A DNA stretch of 64,000 bases from Dictyostelium discoideum (lineage: Eukaryota), in contig CM000150.2 in the NCBI GenBank assembly GCA_000004695.1, positions 864,001 to 928,000 on the forward strand, given 5' to 3'. A program made the position numbers and the translations under genes. How positions within the stretch are numbered: the stretch's first letter is position 1; every line of letters begins with the position of its first letter. Shown here in pieces: positions 33,703 to 54,286 of this stretch. The notes beneath the pieces were generated by a model. That model saw nothing but the letters and a program-made list of their open reading frames with translations. It searched no databases and was not told the origin of the DNA.

Positions 33703-33791
<89 letters not shown>

Positions 33792-33997
33792 GTTGAAAAG
33801 GATTAATACTAATTCGAAATGAATTGTAATAATTCTGATGAAATTTTACCAATTTTTGACTCATCCCAAATTAATATATATTTAAATCCACCTTTAAAGA
33901 AAATTAAACTCCCTTTTGGACAGAGAGCGAATTTTTTTCTTTGGTTGCCACTTTAAAAAAAAAAAAAAAATAATAAAATAAAAAAAAAAAAGAACTG

Positions 33998-34033
<36 letters not shown>

Positions 34034-34438
34034 TTTATTATAAGAATATTTTGGATTTGAGTATTGTTAATTTTTTTTTTTTTATTTTTTTCAAAAACAA
34101 TTAATTCTTTAATTTTTAAAAATTTTAGAACATTAAAATCTTTTAGCATAAGATTTTATTATTTCCTTTTTTAATTCAAAAAGCGGTAATCACCAACTAA
34201 TTTCTTAAAATTACAAGATTAAATAATTAAAAAAGAAAATTTTTAGTATTAACTTTTTTATTTATTTATTTATTATTCATTTATTTATTTATTTATTTTA
34301 TTTAATTTTTATTAATATTTTAAATTTTTTATGAGGAAAAAAAAAAAAAAAAAAAAGTATAAATTTTTAAAAATGTTTAGATAAATTAATTTTTATTTAC
34401 AATTGATTTTTTTTTTATTTTTTAAAAATTATTCATTC

Positions 34439-34476
<38 letters not shown>

Positions 34477-35152
34477 CAATTCCCAAATCTTTAATATTAA
34501 AGATATTCCCATTTTAAACTATTTAATTTATATACCAAATCAAAACCATTTTTTTTATTTTTTTATTTTTTTTTGAAAGAATGATCATTATTTGAATAAG
34601 CACCATTTTTCCATCAAAAATTGCCATTTTTTTTTTTTTTTTTTAATTTTAATTTTTTATTTAGTTGTGATTTATTTATGAATCTGGCCACATTTCAAAA
34701 AAATCAACCAAGGAACAAATTTTCTATGGATGAAAGAAACTTAATTTTTGATTTTTATATTTTTTTCTTTTTTTTTCTTTTTTTTTATTTTTTTTTTTCT
34801 ATTTTTTTTTTTTCTCTCGTTTCTCTAAATTATACTCCTATTAATAGGTGAGTTGACCTTTCGTTTTTGAAAAGATTTCTGAAAAAAATAAAAAATAAAA
34901 AATAAAATAAAAAAAAAAAGAAAAAAAAAAAAAAAAGAAAAAAAAAAAGAAAAAAAATAAAAATTGAAAAAAAAAAAAAAAATGTTAAGTGAAAAAATCT
35001 TTTTAAAAAAAAAAAATTAAAAAAAAATTAAAATTTGAAAAAAAAAATTGAAAAAAAAAAAAGGCTTATATGTGTTATATAAGTTCTGATACAGTCAACA
35101 AAATTTTTTTTTTTCTTCAAAAAATTTTTTAATAAAAAAAAAAATTAAAAAA

Positions 35153-38231
<3,079 letters not shown>

Positions 38232-39287
38232 TAACTAGTACAACAACTTAAAAAAAAAAAAAAAAAAAAAAAAAATGAATAAATAAATAACAATAAACTT
38301 TCCAAAAAAAAAAAAAAAATTATTAAAAACAATTCTTATAAAAGGTAGTAGTAGTATTAGTATTAGTAGTAAAAAAAAATTATTAAAAATAAATAAATGG
38401 AAATAAATCGGAAAAAAAAAAAATAAAAAAATAAAAAAATAAAAAAAAATTCTATTTATTTTTATAATTTTAAATTTATGTTTTTAGTTTGACATGGACA
38501 ACATCCAGTTGGTTGCTCTCCGAAATTACATTCTCTATAAATTAAAAGACATGGTATTTTGTCTGGGCAAGGTTGACAAGCTTTTTTCATTTTTTTATTT
38601 TTTATTTTTTTTTTTTGCGTTAGTATTTATATCATTTTTTTTTATTATTATTATAATTTACTTACTTCCACAACAATTTTTTGGTAAAATAACAAGTGTT
38701 TCATATGGTCCACAAATTGGGTTAATACATGTTACTTTTGAGCAATCAATTTGTTTGCAATTAAAATACTTTAAATTTAATAGTAATAGAAAAATAAAAA
38801 TTTTGAATTTCATTTTTTAGGTTTTGAGATTGATAAACAAAAATTGTTGATAGTGATAATCAAAAAATAAAAAAATAAAAAAAAAAAAAAAAAATTAAAA
38901 AAGGAAATAAAATAATAAAATAAAATAATTTAAAAATGGAAATTAAAATGCCAGATTAAGTGATTCTGGAGGGGTTTTTTTTTTATTTTTTTTATTTTTT
39001 TTTATTTTTTTTTTTTTTTTTTTTTGGACACCCTTTAATATTTTTTTTGGCATTATTATATAAATTAGTTTAAATTTGTCTAAAACATATTTGAAGTTTT
39101 TGAAAAAAAAAAAACATTTTATTTAGAATTGATTAATTTAACTATTTATAAATTTTATTTAGAATTTATTAATTTAACTATTTTTTTTTTTTTTTTTTTT
39201 TTTTATATGATTTTTATTATCACTTTTATTTTTTATTATTGTTTTTTTTTATATTTAAAAAAAAAGAGATAATACCACCTTAACAAA

Positions 39288-39331
<44 letters not shown>

Positions 39332-39470
39332 TTTATTAAATAAAACATTACACCCAAAAAAGAATAAAAATAAAAAATAAAAAAAAAAAAAAATAAAAAA
39401 AAAAATAAAAAAATAAAAAAAAATAAAAAAAAAAAAGAACTTTTTCAATGCATTATTTAAAATTCCAACA

Positions 39471-40590
39471 ATGAACAACTTAAATGATAGTAATAATCAT
39501 TTACTAAAAAGTGGGGGTACTTCTATACAAGTAACAGAAATTAAAGATATACCCCCAGATTCACCTTTTTCGTCTGAAGACGATATAGAATTTCTTGAAG
39601 TTAATTCTTTGGAGAGTAAGTCAAAGAAAAGAAAACTTAAAGATTTGGCACCCCCCTCAAATAATGATAAAAATGAAGATAATAATAATAATAATAATAT
39701 ATTTGTAAACAATCCAATAATACCATCACCATTATCATCATCGTCACCATCATTAAAAGTTGGAACTACTACAACAACAACAACAACCACCACCACCACC
39801 ACTTCAGCAGCAGAAGAAGCAGAAGAAGCAGAAGCAACAACTGTAAATAGAATAATCTCTTCATCATCATCATTACCTACATTTTCAAAAGATAAAGAAA
39901 TAAAAGAAGTAGATAAAGAAAGTTATTCTATACATTACTCACCACCCATACCATCATCATTGTCACCATCTTTGTCAAACCTATCATCATTACCAACAGA
40001 TCCAATTGAATTAGTAGTTTATCTTAAAGATAATTTACCATTGAAAGAGATTTCCAAAAAGATGAATATCGGTAGTATGGGTGATATATTGGCTGAGGAA
40101 TTTTCAAGATATCTTACAATACTCATAAAATCTGATGATAGAAATTGTAATCAATTTCAACCATCACCTTTAGTACAATTGTTTTGGAATTTTGGTTTAA
40201 ATGATTATTATTCTAGTCAAATAATTAAATCTTTTTTTTTTATTCATGGTCTTTCATTCAATACTCCAAGAATGTTTGATTCTATTGCATTACAAAGAAT
40301 TCGTTATGAAAATACAATGAAAAATCATAAAGAATACTTTTTAACCGATTTAAATACAATTAATGCTTTAAATGTTCCAATTTGGCCATCAGATTATTTA
40401 CTTATTGATACAAATAATAATAATAATAATAATAATAATAGTAATAAAAAAAGACAACAAAAACAAGAAAATAAAAAAGATAAAGAAATTATATTACATA
40501 TACAAGAAAATTATATAACAAAAAGAGAAGAACAAGAGGAAATTATTAACCATAAAAATGAAATTAAACAACAAGAACAACAACAACAAG

Positions 40591-40635
<45 letters not shown>

Positions 40636-41468
40636 CACAACAAGAACAACAACAGCAACAACAAGAACAACAACAAAAAAAACAACAAGGACAACAAATA
40701 ATAGAAGATATAATTAAATTAGATGATTTAAATAATGATGAAGAAATGAAATTTAATGCACCAAAAAAACATAATCGTCGTCAAGAAAAAGAAAAAGAAA
40801 AAGAAAAAGAAAAAGAAAAAGAAAAACAAAAAGAAAAAGATAAAGATAAAGATAAAGATCAAGATCAAGATGAAGACCAAGAAGAATATATAGAATATTT
40901 ACATCAAGATCAAAATCAAGATCAAGATAAAGATAAAGATAAAGATAAAGACCAAGTAGAATATCAAGAATATGTACACCAAAATCAAGATCAAGAAGAG
41001 AAAGAAGTACAGATTAAAACTAAAAGAGATAAATTTAAAATTACTAAACCTCCAGTTAAATCATCAACCAAAAGAAAAACTATTGCTCGAGCTCCACCTC
41101 CTTTATACCCTGTTGGCTCTTTGGTTGAAGCTAAATGTTATGCATTTGGTGAAAGTCATGACCAATCATTCTTTGAAGCAGAAATAAAGTCCTATGATGA
41201 TATTAATGGAAAGTATTTGGTTGAATTTGAATGTGATCGTACTCAACAAATTTTGGAAGAATGGGATATTAAGAATCAATCCATTGAGGAAGTAACAAAA
41301 AACAATTTGGAGTTTGGAAGAAAAGTTTTATTTAAAAAAGATAATTCATTTTGGTATGGACCAGCTATCATCGTTGCAAAAGGAAAAAAGAAGTTTACTG
41401 TAACTTTTTTAAAAAAAAATTATGATCTAAAATTTGATTTTCATACTCCAATTTGTTATTATTTTTAA
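39471..41468 (+). CDS. Family-related protein F (665 aa): contains only the C-terminal family module, located mid-protein, followed by QE/KE/KD repeats and two tandem Tudor/Agenet-like barrels at the C-terminus
   Basis: Family block: KEISKKMNIGSMGDILAEEFSRYLTILIKSDD...LVQLFWNFGLNDYYSSQIIKSFFFIHGL...RIRYENTMKNHKEYF. C-terminal blocks: YPVGSLVEAKCYAFGESHDQSFFEAEIKSY..NGKYLVEFECDRTQQILEEWDI and VLFKKDNSFWYGPAIIVAKGKKKFTVTFLKKNYDLKFDF. Confidence 0.65.
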
Positions 41469-41498
41469 ACAATTGGTAGAATTTAGTCTTTCAATCAC

Positions 41499-41530
<32 letters not shown>

Positions 41531-41812
41531 CCAAAACATGTGCATATATAATCTTTTTTTTTTTTTATTTTGCGCATAACCAAATTTATTTAAATAGAAA
41601 AAATTAAATATAAATATAATATAAATATATATATATAAATATTAATATTAATATTAAAAAAAAATAATAATAAAAAATAAAAATTAAAAAAATAAAAAAT
41701 AAAAAATAAAAAATAAAAAATAAAAAATAAAAAATAAAAAAATAAAAAATAAAAAAACCTTTACATTTTTTCTTTTCTTTTATTTTGTTTGTATTTTTTT
41801 TTTTTTTTTTTA

Positions 41813-44316
<2,504 letters not shown>

Positions 44317-45279
44317 TTTCTTTTGAATTTAAATCTACATATGTAAGGTTGAGGAATATGTTTTCCTCTCTCTCTCTTTCAAAAAAAATAAAAATAAAAA
44401 TAAAAATAAAAAAAAAAATAAAAAAAATAAAAAAAAAAAATAAAAAAATAAAAAAAAAAAAAAAAATAAAAAGAAAAAATTACTTAAGTAATCAAAATAA
44501 TAATAATAATAAAAAATATCTCAAAAAAAAAAAAATTTATTTTTAGGTTTGATTTTTTTTTTTATTGTATGCTGGTTTATCAATATACCAATTAAATCTT
44601 TAATTTTTATTTAAATTATCATCAACACATATATGAGTTGAAATGAAAAGGAAATTATCCACTTTGGATCTAGAGTGGTATTTCCATTACCATGATTTTA
44701 CATCGAAATCCACAACCATTGCAATCAAGAAAACTCAGTACCAATCGAACATTATTGATTGAAACAATAGGGCTTGAGAAGGTGAATGCATCAAATATCG
44801 AAATCTGAGAGGGAACCGTAACCACCTTTATCATTTTCTTTACGAATTTCAACCTCTGGTTTTAAACTAGTTCCCAACTTTTAATTGCCTATTTGAAAGT
44901 TTTTGTCAATATTTTTTATTAATTTTTTTTTAATTGTGACAAAAAATAAATATAAAAATAGAAAAAAAAATAAAAATAAAAATAAAAATAAAAATAAAAA
45001 TAAAAATAAAAATAAAAAAAAACAAATATTTTCACCCCACAGTGTCAGTCCTAGATAGAAAAAAAAAAAAAAATAAAAAATAAAAAAAAATAAATACTGA
45101 CACCCCATAGTGTCAGTCCTAAATAATTATTCATCAATATAAAAACAATGTAAATCCAAATAAATTTTTATTTTGTAAAGTATCACATTAACAATATATC
45201 AAGAAATAAATAATAGTATTAGTTTGGATAAAAAAAAAAAAAAAATAAATAAAAATAAAAAAAAGTAAAAAAATAAAAA

Positions 45280-46089
<810 letters not shown>

Positions 46090-46163
46090 AAAAAAAAAAA
46101 ACTTTTCAAAAATTGAAAAACGTCCTAACACATGTCCTTTTAAAAAAATAAAATAAAAACAAT

Positions 46164-46201
<38 letters not shown>

Positions 46202-46204
46202 AAG

Positions 46205-46235
<31 letters not shown>

Positions 46236-46679
46236 TGGACTAGGGAAAAAAAAAATATGTTTTATTATTTATAAATAAATAAGTAAATAAATAATTTAAT
46301 AAAATTTTTTAAATAAAATAGTAAAAATAATTGTGTAAAAACAAAAAAACAAAAAAAAAAAAAAAAAAAAAAAAATTCAAGATTTTTAGATTTTTGTTTT
46401 TTGTAGTTTTTTTTAAATAAATAAATAAATAAATAAATTTTGGCACCGTCCAACGGCTTTTTTTTTTTTTTTTTTTTTCACAACATTGTTTTTTTAGATA
46501 TTTTTTTTTTTTTTTTTTCTTTTTTCAACTATTTTTTTTTTATAATTTTTTTTCTTTTTTTAAACACTATTTTTTAATTTTTTAAATTTTTTTTTTTTTT
46601 TTTTTTTTTTCAATCAACCAATTAAAAATAAAAAAATTAAAAATAATTATATCGATTAAAAATAATTTTAATAATTAAA

Positions 46680-48284
46680 ATGTCAATAACATTTACAGTT
46701 AAACAAAATATAAAGGAAAATGAAATTTTAAATGTTAAAGAATTTAATATTAAAGATTTCATTAGAAATCAATATGAATTACAATCACCATCTACAAAAC
46801 CAGAAGCAATCTATAAAAAATTGATTGAATCTGGATGTGATGAAGAGAAAGCAATAGATATGGTAGAAAAAATTGAAATTGATACAGAAGTAAAACGACA
46901 AAAAAAAATAAATAAAAGACTGGAATCAAGTAAAATTATTAAATCGAGCATTATAACAGATTATAATGATAATGAATTAAAAATCTTAAATAATAATACC
47001 AGTAGTGGTAGTACCAATAATAATAATCATCATCAAAATAGTAATAATGGTTATAATAATAGTTTTGTATATTCTGCCTGGAGGGCCTATAATCATCATC
47101 ACCATTTAGTGATTCGCCCAGAAAATATTTGGTTGTCAATTATCACCCAATTTTCATTTTATATAAATAAAAATTCAAATTCTTTAAAAGATAAATTCCC
47201 GGATTTTGATATCACTATCGACAATCATCATCATCATCATCACCATCATCATCATCACCACCATAATAATAATCATCACCATCATGGTCATCATGATAAC
47301 CATAACCATAATCATAATCATAATCATAAAAAAGAAATAAATATTAAAACAAATTATTCATTTTCAGAAGCATCATTTGAAAAAATAACAGATGATATTT
47401 GGCAACAAATTAGTAATACAATTAAAGATGAATCAATAAAGGAATGGATTATTCCAAATTTTTCAACCACTACACCCTCTGATAAGGTGGTATTTTCGGT
47501 GGCATTAAATTCAACTTTAAAAGAATACTTTTATTATAAGGTTACTTCAACCAATGGTCTACCTCAAGTTACAATTTTAGGTACATTGGAAGATTGGAAA
47601 AATTTAAGAGATCGTGTTACAAGATTATTAGATTTCGATTTCGAAGGTAACGGAAATCAAATGAGTACTTGGGTAAGTTATTTATTACCTGTGATGGATA
47701 AATTCATAGAGTCAGTCAATGAAAATCCTGATATCAATTGGTGGAGTAAAATGGTTGATTATAGACAACAATCAAATAGTTGTATCATTTCTGGTTGGTT
47801 ATCAGTATTTTGTGTTTTTAAAGAGGATGGTACATTTAGAGGTATAAATGATAATTCAACCAATACCAATACTACAAATCTAAATAATAGTACAAATAGT
47901 GCTAATAATAATAACAATAGTACTGGGAATTTATCAAATATAAGTGGCAATAATTTAGCCAATATTAGTGCAAGTAGTTTTGCAAGTATTGCTGCTGCTT
48001 CTAATTTTGTAAATGTTAGTTCTGGAAGTTTAAATAGTAGCGGAGATTCATTTAAGGCTAGTGGATCTCCTTGGTTAAAAGTTCAAGATTGTATGCTTGC
48101 CAATGATTTACTCTCAACTCAAGTTTTAATCACCGATTTCGATGGTACAAAATATCATAGTGATTTATATGCTGGTCATCTTGCTGTTAAAGCTGAAGAT
48201 AAATCAAAATTAATTCCCTCTTTAGATTGGTTCCTTGTTATTGAAAGTGGATCTGATTCAAAAAATAAATGTTCAATTAATTAA
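46680..48284 (+). CDS. Hypothetical protein (534 aa) with His-rich tracts. No confident domain assignment.
   Basis: Long ORF with a non-repetitive, conserved-looking C-terminal half (GTLEDWKNLRDRV...INWWSKMVDYRQQSNSCIISGWLSVFCVF). Confidence 0.5.
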   Translation: MSITFTVKQNIKENEILNVKEFNIKDFIRNQYELQSPSTKPEAIYKKLIESGCDEEKAIDMVEKIEIDTEVKRQKKINKRLESSKIIKSSIITDYNDNELKILNNNTSSGSTNNNNHHQNSNNGYNNSFVYSAWRAYNHHHHLVIRPENIWLSIITQFSFYINKNSNSLKDKFPDFDITIDNHHHHHHHHHHHHHNNNHHHHGHHDNHNHNHNHNHKKEINIKTNYSFSEASFEKITDDIWQQISNTIKDESIKEWIIPNFSTTTPSDKVVFSVALNSTLKEYFYYKVTSTNGLPQVTILGTLEDWKNLRDRVTRLLDFDFEGNGNQMSTWVSYLLPVMDKFIESVNENPDINWWSKMVDYRQQSNSCIISGWLSVFCVFKEDGTFRGINDNSTNTNTTNLNNSTNSANNNNNSTGNLSNISGNNLANISASSFASIAAASNFVNVSSGSLNSSGDSFKASGSPWLKVQDCMLANDLLSTQVLITDFDGTKYHSDLYAGHLAVKAEDKSKLIPSLDWFLVIESGSDSKNKCSIN

Positions 48285-48675
48285 TTAAATAAATTAATAA
48301 ATTAATTTAAAAAAGTTCAATTTATTTTATAAGAGTATAAATTAAAATTAAAAATATATAGAATAAAATTAAAATTTATAAAATATATAGAATAAAATAA
48401 AGATTTATAATATAAAAAAATAAAAAAAAAATAAAAATAAAAAGTGTTTAGAAAAATTAAAAAATAACAATTCAAAATAAAATAAAAAAAAAAACTACCA
48501 CCGTTCGACATTTCTCATTATTTTAATACTTAATTAAAAATATCAAGAAGTCAAAAAAGACTTTTTTTTGTGCATTGATCAGATTCCAACGTTTTCGTGA
48601 TTAAAAAATAAAAAAAAAAAAAATGAAGCTACGTTTTTTTTATTTTTTGAATTCTCCTTTATTTTTTTTTCAATC

Positions 48676-48706
<31 letters not shown>

Positions 48707-49535
48707 AAAAAAAAAAAATCTTTTTTAAAATTTTAAATTAAAAAAACCCCACACACTAACAGATCTAAAATTAAACTTTTTATTGTTATTATTATTTTTA
48801 TTTTATTATTTTTTTTTAAATTATTTTCATTTTTTTTATTTTTATTTTTATATTTATTTTTATTTTTATTTTTTAAAATAAAATATTTTTTCTTTTTATT
48901 TTAAATATTTTAAATTCACCTTTATTTTATATTTTATATTTTATTTTTTTTTTTTATTTTTTTTTTAATTTTTTTTTTTTTTTTTTTTTTTTAATGTTTC
49001 TCGAAAATATAAAACCCAAAAGTTTAAAAGAATTTGATTCTTTTAAAACAAATTTAAATAAAAAAAAAAACATCAAAATAACTTTTTTTTTTTTTTTTTT
49101 GTTATTTATTTTTTGGGAAATTAAAAATAACCTCATATCAACCACTATATTAAACCCACACACCCACACTCACACTCATATATACACCAGATAACACTGT
49201 TGTAAAAAAAAAAAAAAAAAAAAAAAACAAAAACAAAAACAAAAACAAAAAAAAAAAAAATAAAAACAAAACTCAAACACGTTATACAAATTAATAACCT
49301 TTTTTTTATTTTCATAAACCCAAAAAAAAAAAAAAAAATTCCAATAATAATTATTTTTAAATACATTGACCCATTTTTCAATATTGTCTCACAAATATAT
49401 TTTAGAATTTAAATTTTCAATATTCATAAAACTTACAAACAATAAAAAAAAAAAAATTTATTTTTTTCTCAAATATTTTTAAAATAATAATTAATTGAGA
49501 AAAAAAAAATATAAATATATACATATAAAAGAAAA

Positions 49536-50612
<1,077 letters not shown>

Positions 50613-50770
50613 AAGATTTAAAATAAAAAGAAGGAAAATAGGGGTTTAAGCCCCTCCCCCTCTTCCCCTATTTTCCTTATACAAAAAAATGTATATGTAT
50701 ATGTATAAAAAAAACAATCTATTTATTTTTTTCACTATATATTATACTAAAATTAAATTGATTATTTAAA

Positions 50771-50917
50771 CTAGTTTTCCAACTCTGAGAGTACACTTAA
50801 AAGTAATTTCTTTAATGGTGGTTGTAAATCCTTTTCAATTTTATGTTCTTGACTATTTATAATTTCATCATAGTTGTGTTGATAATTATTATTATTAATA
50901 TTACTATTATTAATATA

Positions 50918-50998
<81 letters not shown>

Positions 50999-51576
50999 AT
51001 TATTATTATTATTATTAAAATTATTGTAATTATTATTGTAATTATTAATATTATTAATATTATTAAAATTAAAATTATTGGAATTATTATTGGAATTATT
51101 ATTGGAATTATTATTAATATTGATATTGTCTTGGTTGAAATGTCTTTTATTTGTGTTGTTACTGAGATTTTCTAAATATTTTATATGTTCACTTGTTATA
51201 TTAATTCCTGTATTATTGTTATTACTATTTTCAAAATTATTACTTTTGAAAGCTGCTGGAGAAGGTGGATTTGAGTTATCACTATTGTAACCACTATTAT
51301 AACTATTTTCTATAAAGTGATGGTTATTTCCATTGGTATTAATACCATGGCTATTATTATTATTAATATTGTTGTTGTTATTGTTATTGTTGTTGTTGCT
51401 ATTATATGGTAAATAGTTGAATAAAGATGGTAATTGTTTATTAATATTATGTTGATTATGTTGCTGTTGATGTTGTAAAAATGATGGAGGAACTAAAGAA
51501 GATTGTTGATATCTATCTGAAACACCAATATTTGAATTTCCATTGCTATACATTTCCTTGTTATTATTATTATATA

Positions 51577-51646
<70 letters not shown>

Positions 51647-53064
51647 GCTATTGTTGTTATTGATGTTATTATGTTGGAAGTGACTGGCATTATAATTATT
51701 ACTGTTGTTATTATAAATATTGAAATTATTTGAATTATTGTTATTATTATTATTATAATCATTATTGTTGCTAATATTATGATTATATGAATGAGTGTTA
51801 CTATTACCGCTACTACTATTATAATTATTATTATTATTATTATTTGATGAGTTATAACTATTATAAACACTACTAGTTGGTGTTGAAAGATAAGAAATTG
51901 GTGAAGGTAATATTTGTGATGACTGTTCAAATAATTGTTGTTGTTGTTGTTGCTGTTGTAAAATTTGTTGATGTTGAATTCTTTGTTGATTTTGGTAATG
52001 TTGAATTTGTTCCATTTGTTTTTGTTGCTTTTTTGATATTTTGGGTTGTTTTGGTAATTTTGGAGGTTTTGGTTCTTTTGGTGGTTTGGCTTGTTTTTGT
52101 GGTTTTTGTGGTTTTGATTCTTTTGATTCTTTTGATTCTTTTGATTCTTTTGATTCTTTTTGTGGTTTTGGTGGCTTTGGTTCTTTTTTAAGTTGATTTG
52201 TTAATTGTGATAAAAGGGATGGAGTTTTATCTTCAATAATTTCTTTTTGTTGTTGAAGTATTTGTGGAGTAATTTGAGATTTTAATGTTTGTTGAATTTC
52301 TACAATTGGATTATTATTAAAATTATTATTATTGTTTGTTGTTGTTGTTGTTGTAGTTGGTGGTGGTGTTGCTGTAGTTGGTGGTGTTATGGCAGTGGTA
52401 ACATTTTGATTAATTTGATTAGTTTGAATATTTTCATCTTCATTTTGATCTTCTTGATAATTATATGGTGAAGAAATTGGTGAAGAATTATTTGTTAAAG
52501 GTGGTAAAGATCTATCTCTAATTATTTGTCTAAAAACACTAGTTGTTGAATCTGGATAGTTTAATTCTGCTGATAAATAACCCAACTCTTTTAAATAACC
52601 AATTGCTGAAAATAAAATAATGATGTGAGAAATATTTGGAATTGGATTCTTTAACCATTCATAAAGAGTAGTAGAGAATGAAACTCTGCTATAGTTTATA
52701 AAATTCTCAAAATAACAACATGTTTTCCAAATATTATTTTTAGATAGTATAGGTAATTTATCCAACATAGGTGCCCAACTTTGGAGTAGGGAAAGTTGTA
52801 AAAATACAGATGATAAATCTGTACTCCACACTGTTGGACCAAGGTTTTGTGAATTTGAATCATCAAAGTCTTCATCAAATTCACCATTCTCCTCAGTCAA
52901 TTGAGTTGGGGTTGTATATTTTGAAAGAGTTGGTGTTGGTGTCCTACTAGGTGTTGGTGTTGGAATTCTAATTGGTGTTGGCATTCTAATTGGTATTGGC
53001 ATTTCCAATGATTCTGTTGATTGTTGTGATTGTTGTTGTTGTTGTGATTGTTGTGATTGTTGTG

Positions 53065-53159
<95 letters not shown>

Positions 53160-54251
53160 AGTTGTTGTTTTGGTGATAATAATAATAAAGGTGGTGGTGG
53201 AGTAGGTGAGGATTGTCTAATTGGGATTTGGAGTAAAGGTATTTGTAGTTGAAGTGAAGGCAATTGAATTAGATTTCTTGGTGAATGTAAGGGTGATGTT
53301 GATGAAGTAGGTAGATTTGTATGGTGCTTTTCTTTCTTATTTTCATTTTCATTTTCAATTTCATTTTCATTTTTATTTTCATTTTCATTTTTATTTTTAT
53401 TTTTATTTTCATTTTCATTTTCTTTTTCTTTTTCATTTTCTATTTCTTTTCCATTTTCTTGATCTTGACCTTGACCTTTTTCACCATTAATAATAACTTC
53501 TGGTAATTTAATAGTTGGTGTACAATCCATTTCTTTAAAAGAAAATAAATTCTCTGGAACATTTTGGCACTCAATAAATTGATCCCAATCTTTTATTGAA
53601 AGTTCACAATATTTTAAAATATAAGAATCTTTTAAAATTTCCAAATCAAGTTTTATATCTTTTTTAATTTCCAACTCTTTTTCATTTTTGTTTTCTTCCA
53701 TTTCAATTTCTTGATTGTCTTCTTTTATTTTTTCTTTATTTTCTTCATTTACTAGATTCTCATTTTCTTTATCTTTATCTTGGTCATTGGTGGATTCATT
53801 TCTATCCTCAGCATCACTGTTGTTGTTGTTTCTACTATTTGAATAGTTTATTAAATCAATATCAGATGAATTTAGTTTCCAATAACCTCTTTGTTGAAAT
53901 ACTGGGAGACCAGTTTGAAAATATTTTGGATGACCAGATAGAGTATCATTTATAATTTTTTTAATTTCAGTTTCTGTGGTGGTTGGATCAATATTTAATA
54001 ACTCCATATGAGAATAGGTAAATATGTTGATAAAAGATGTGTGAATAAATGATTGTTGGAATTGAGCCTTGAAATATTTTAACTTTTCAACTATTGATAA
54101 TACTATTTTCAATCTATCTAACCAGCTCGGTATTTTTTTATTTATAATTTCTGATAATGGGCCAACTGTGCAAAGTTCACAATTACATTTAATTATATAA
54201 TTTGAATTATCTTCACTTTCATTATTATTATTATTATCATTATTATTATTA

Positions 54252-54286
<35 letters not shown>

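Noticed and set aside
44740-44760. Possible tRNA T-loop (gttcgattgg on the minus strand)
   Set aside because: No A-box, no acceptor-stem complementarity and no cloverleaf could be built. I do not call a tRNA.
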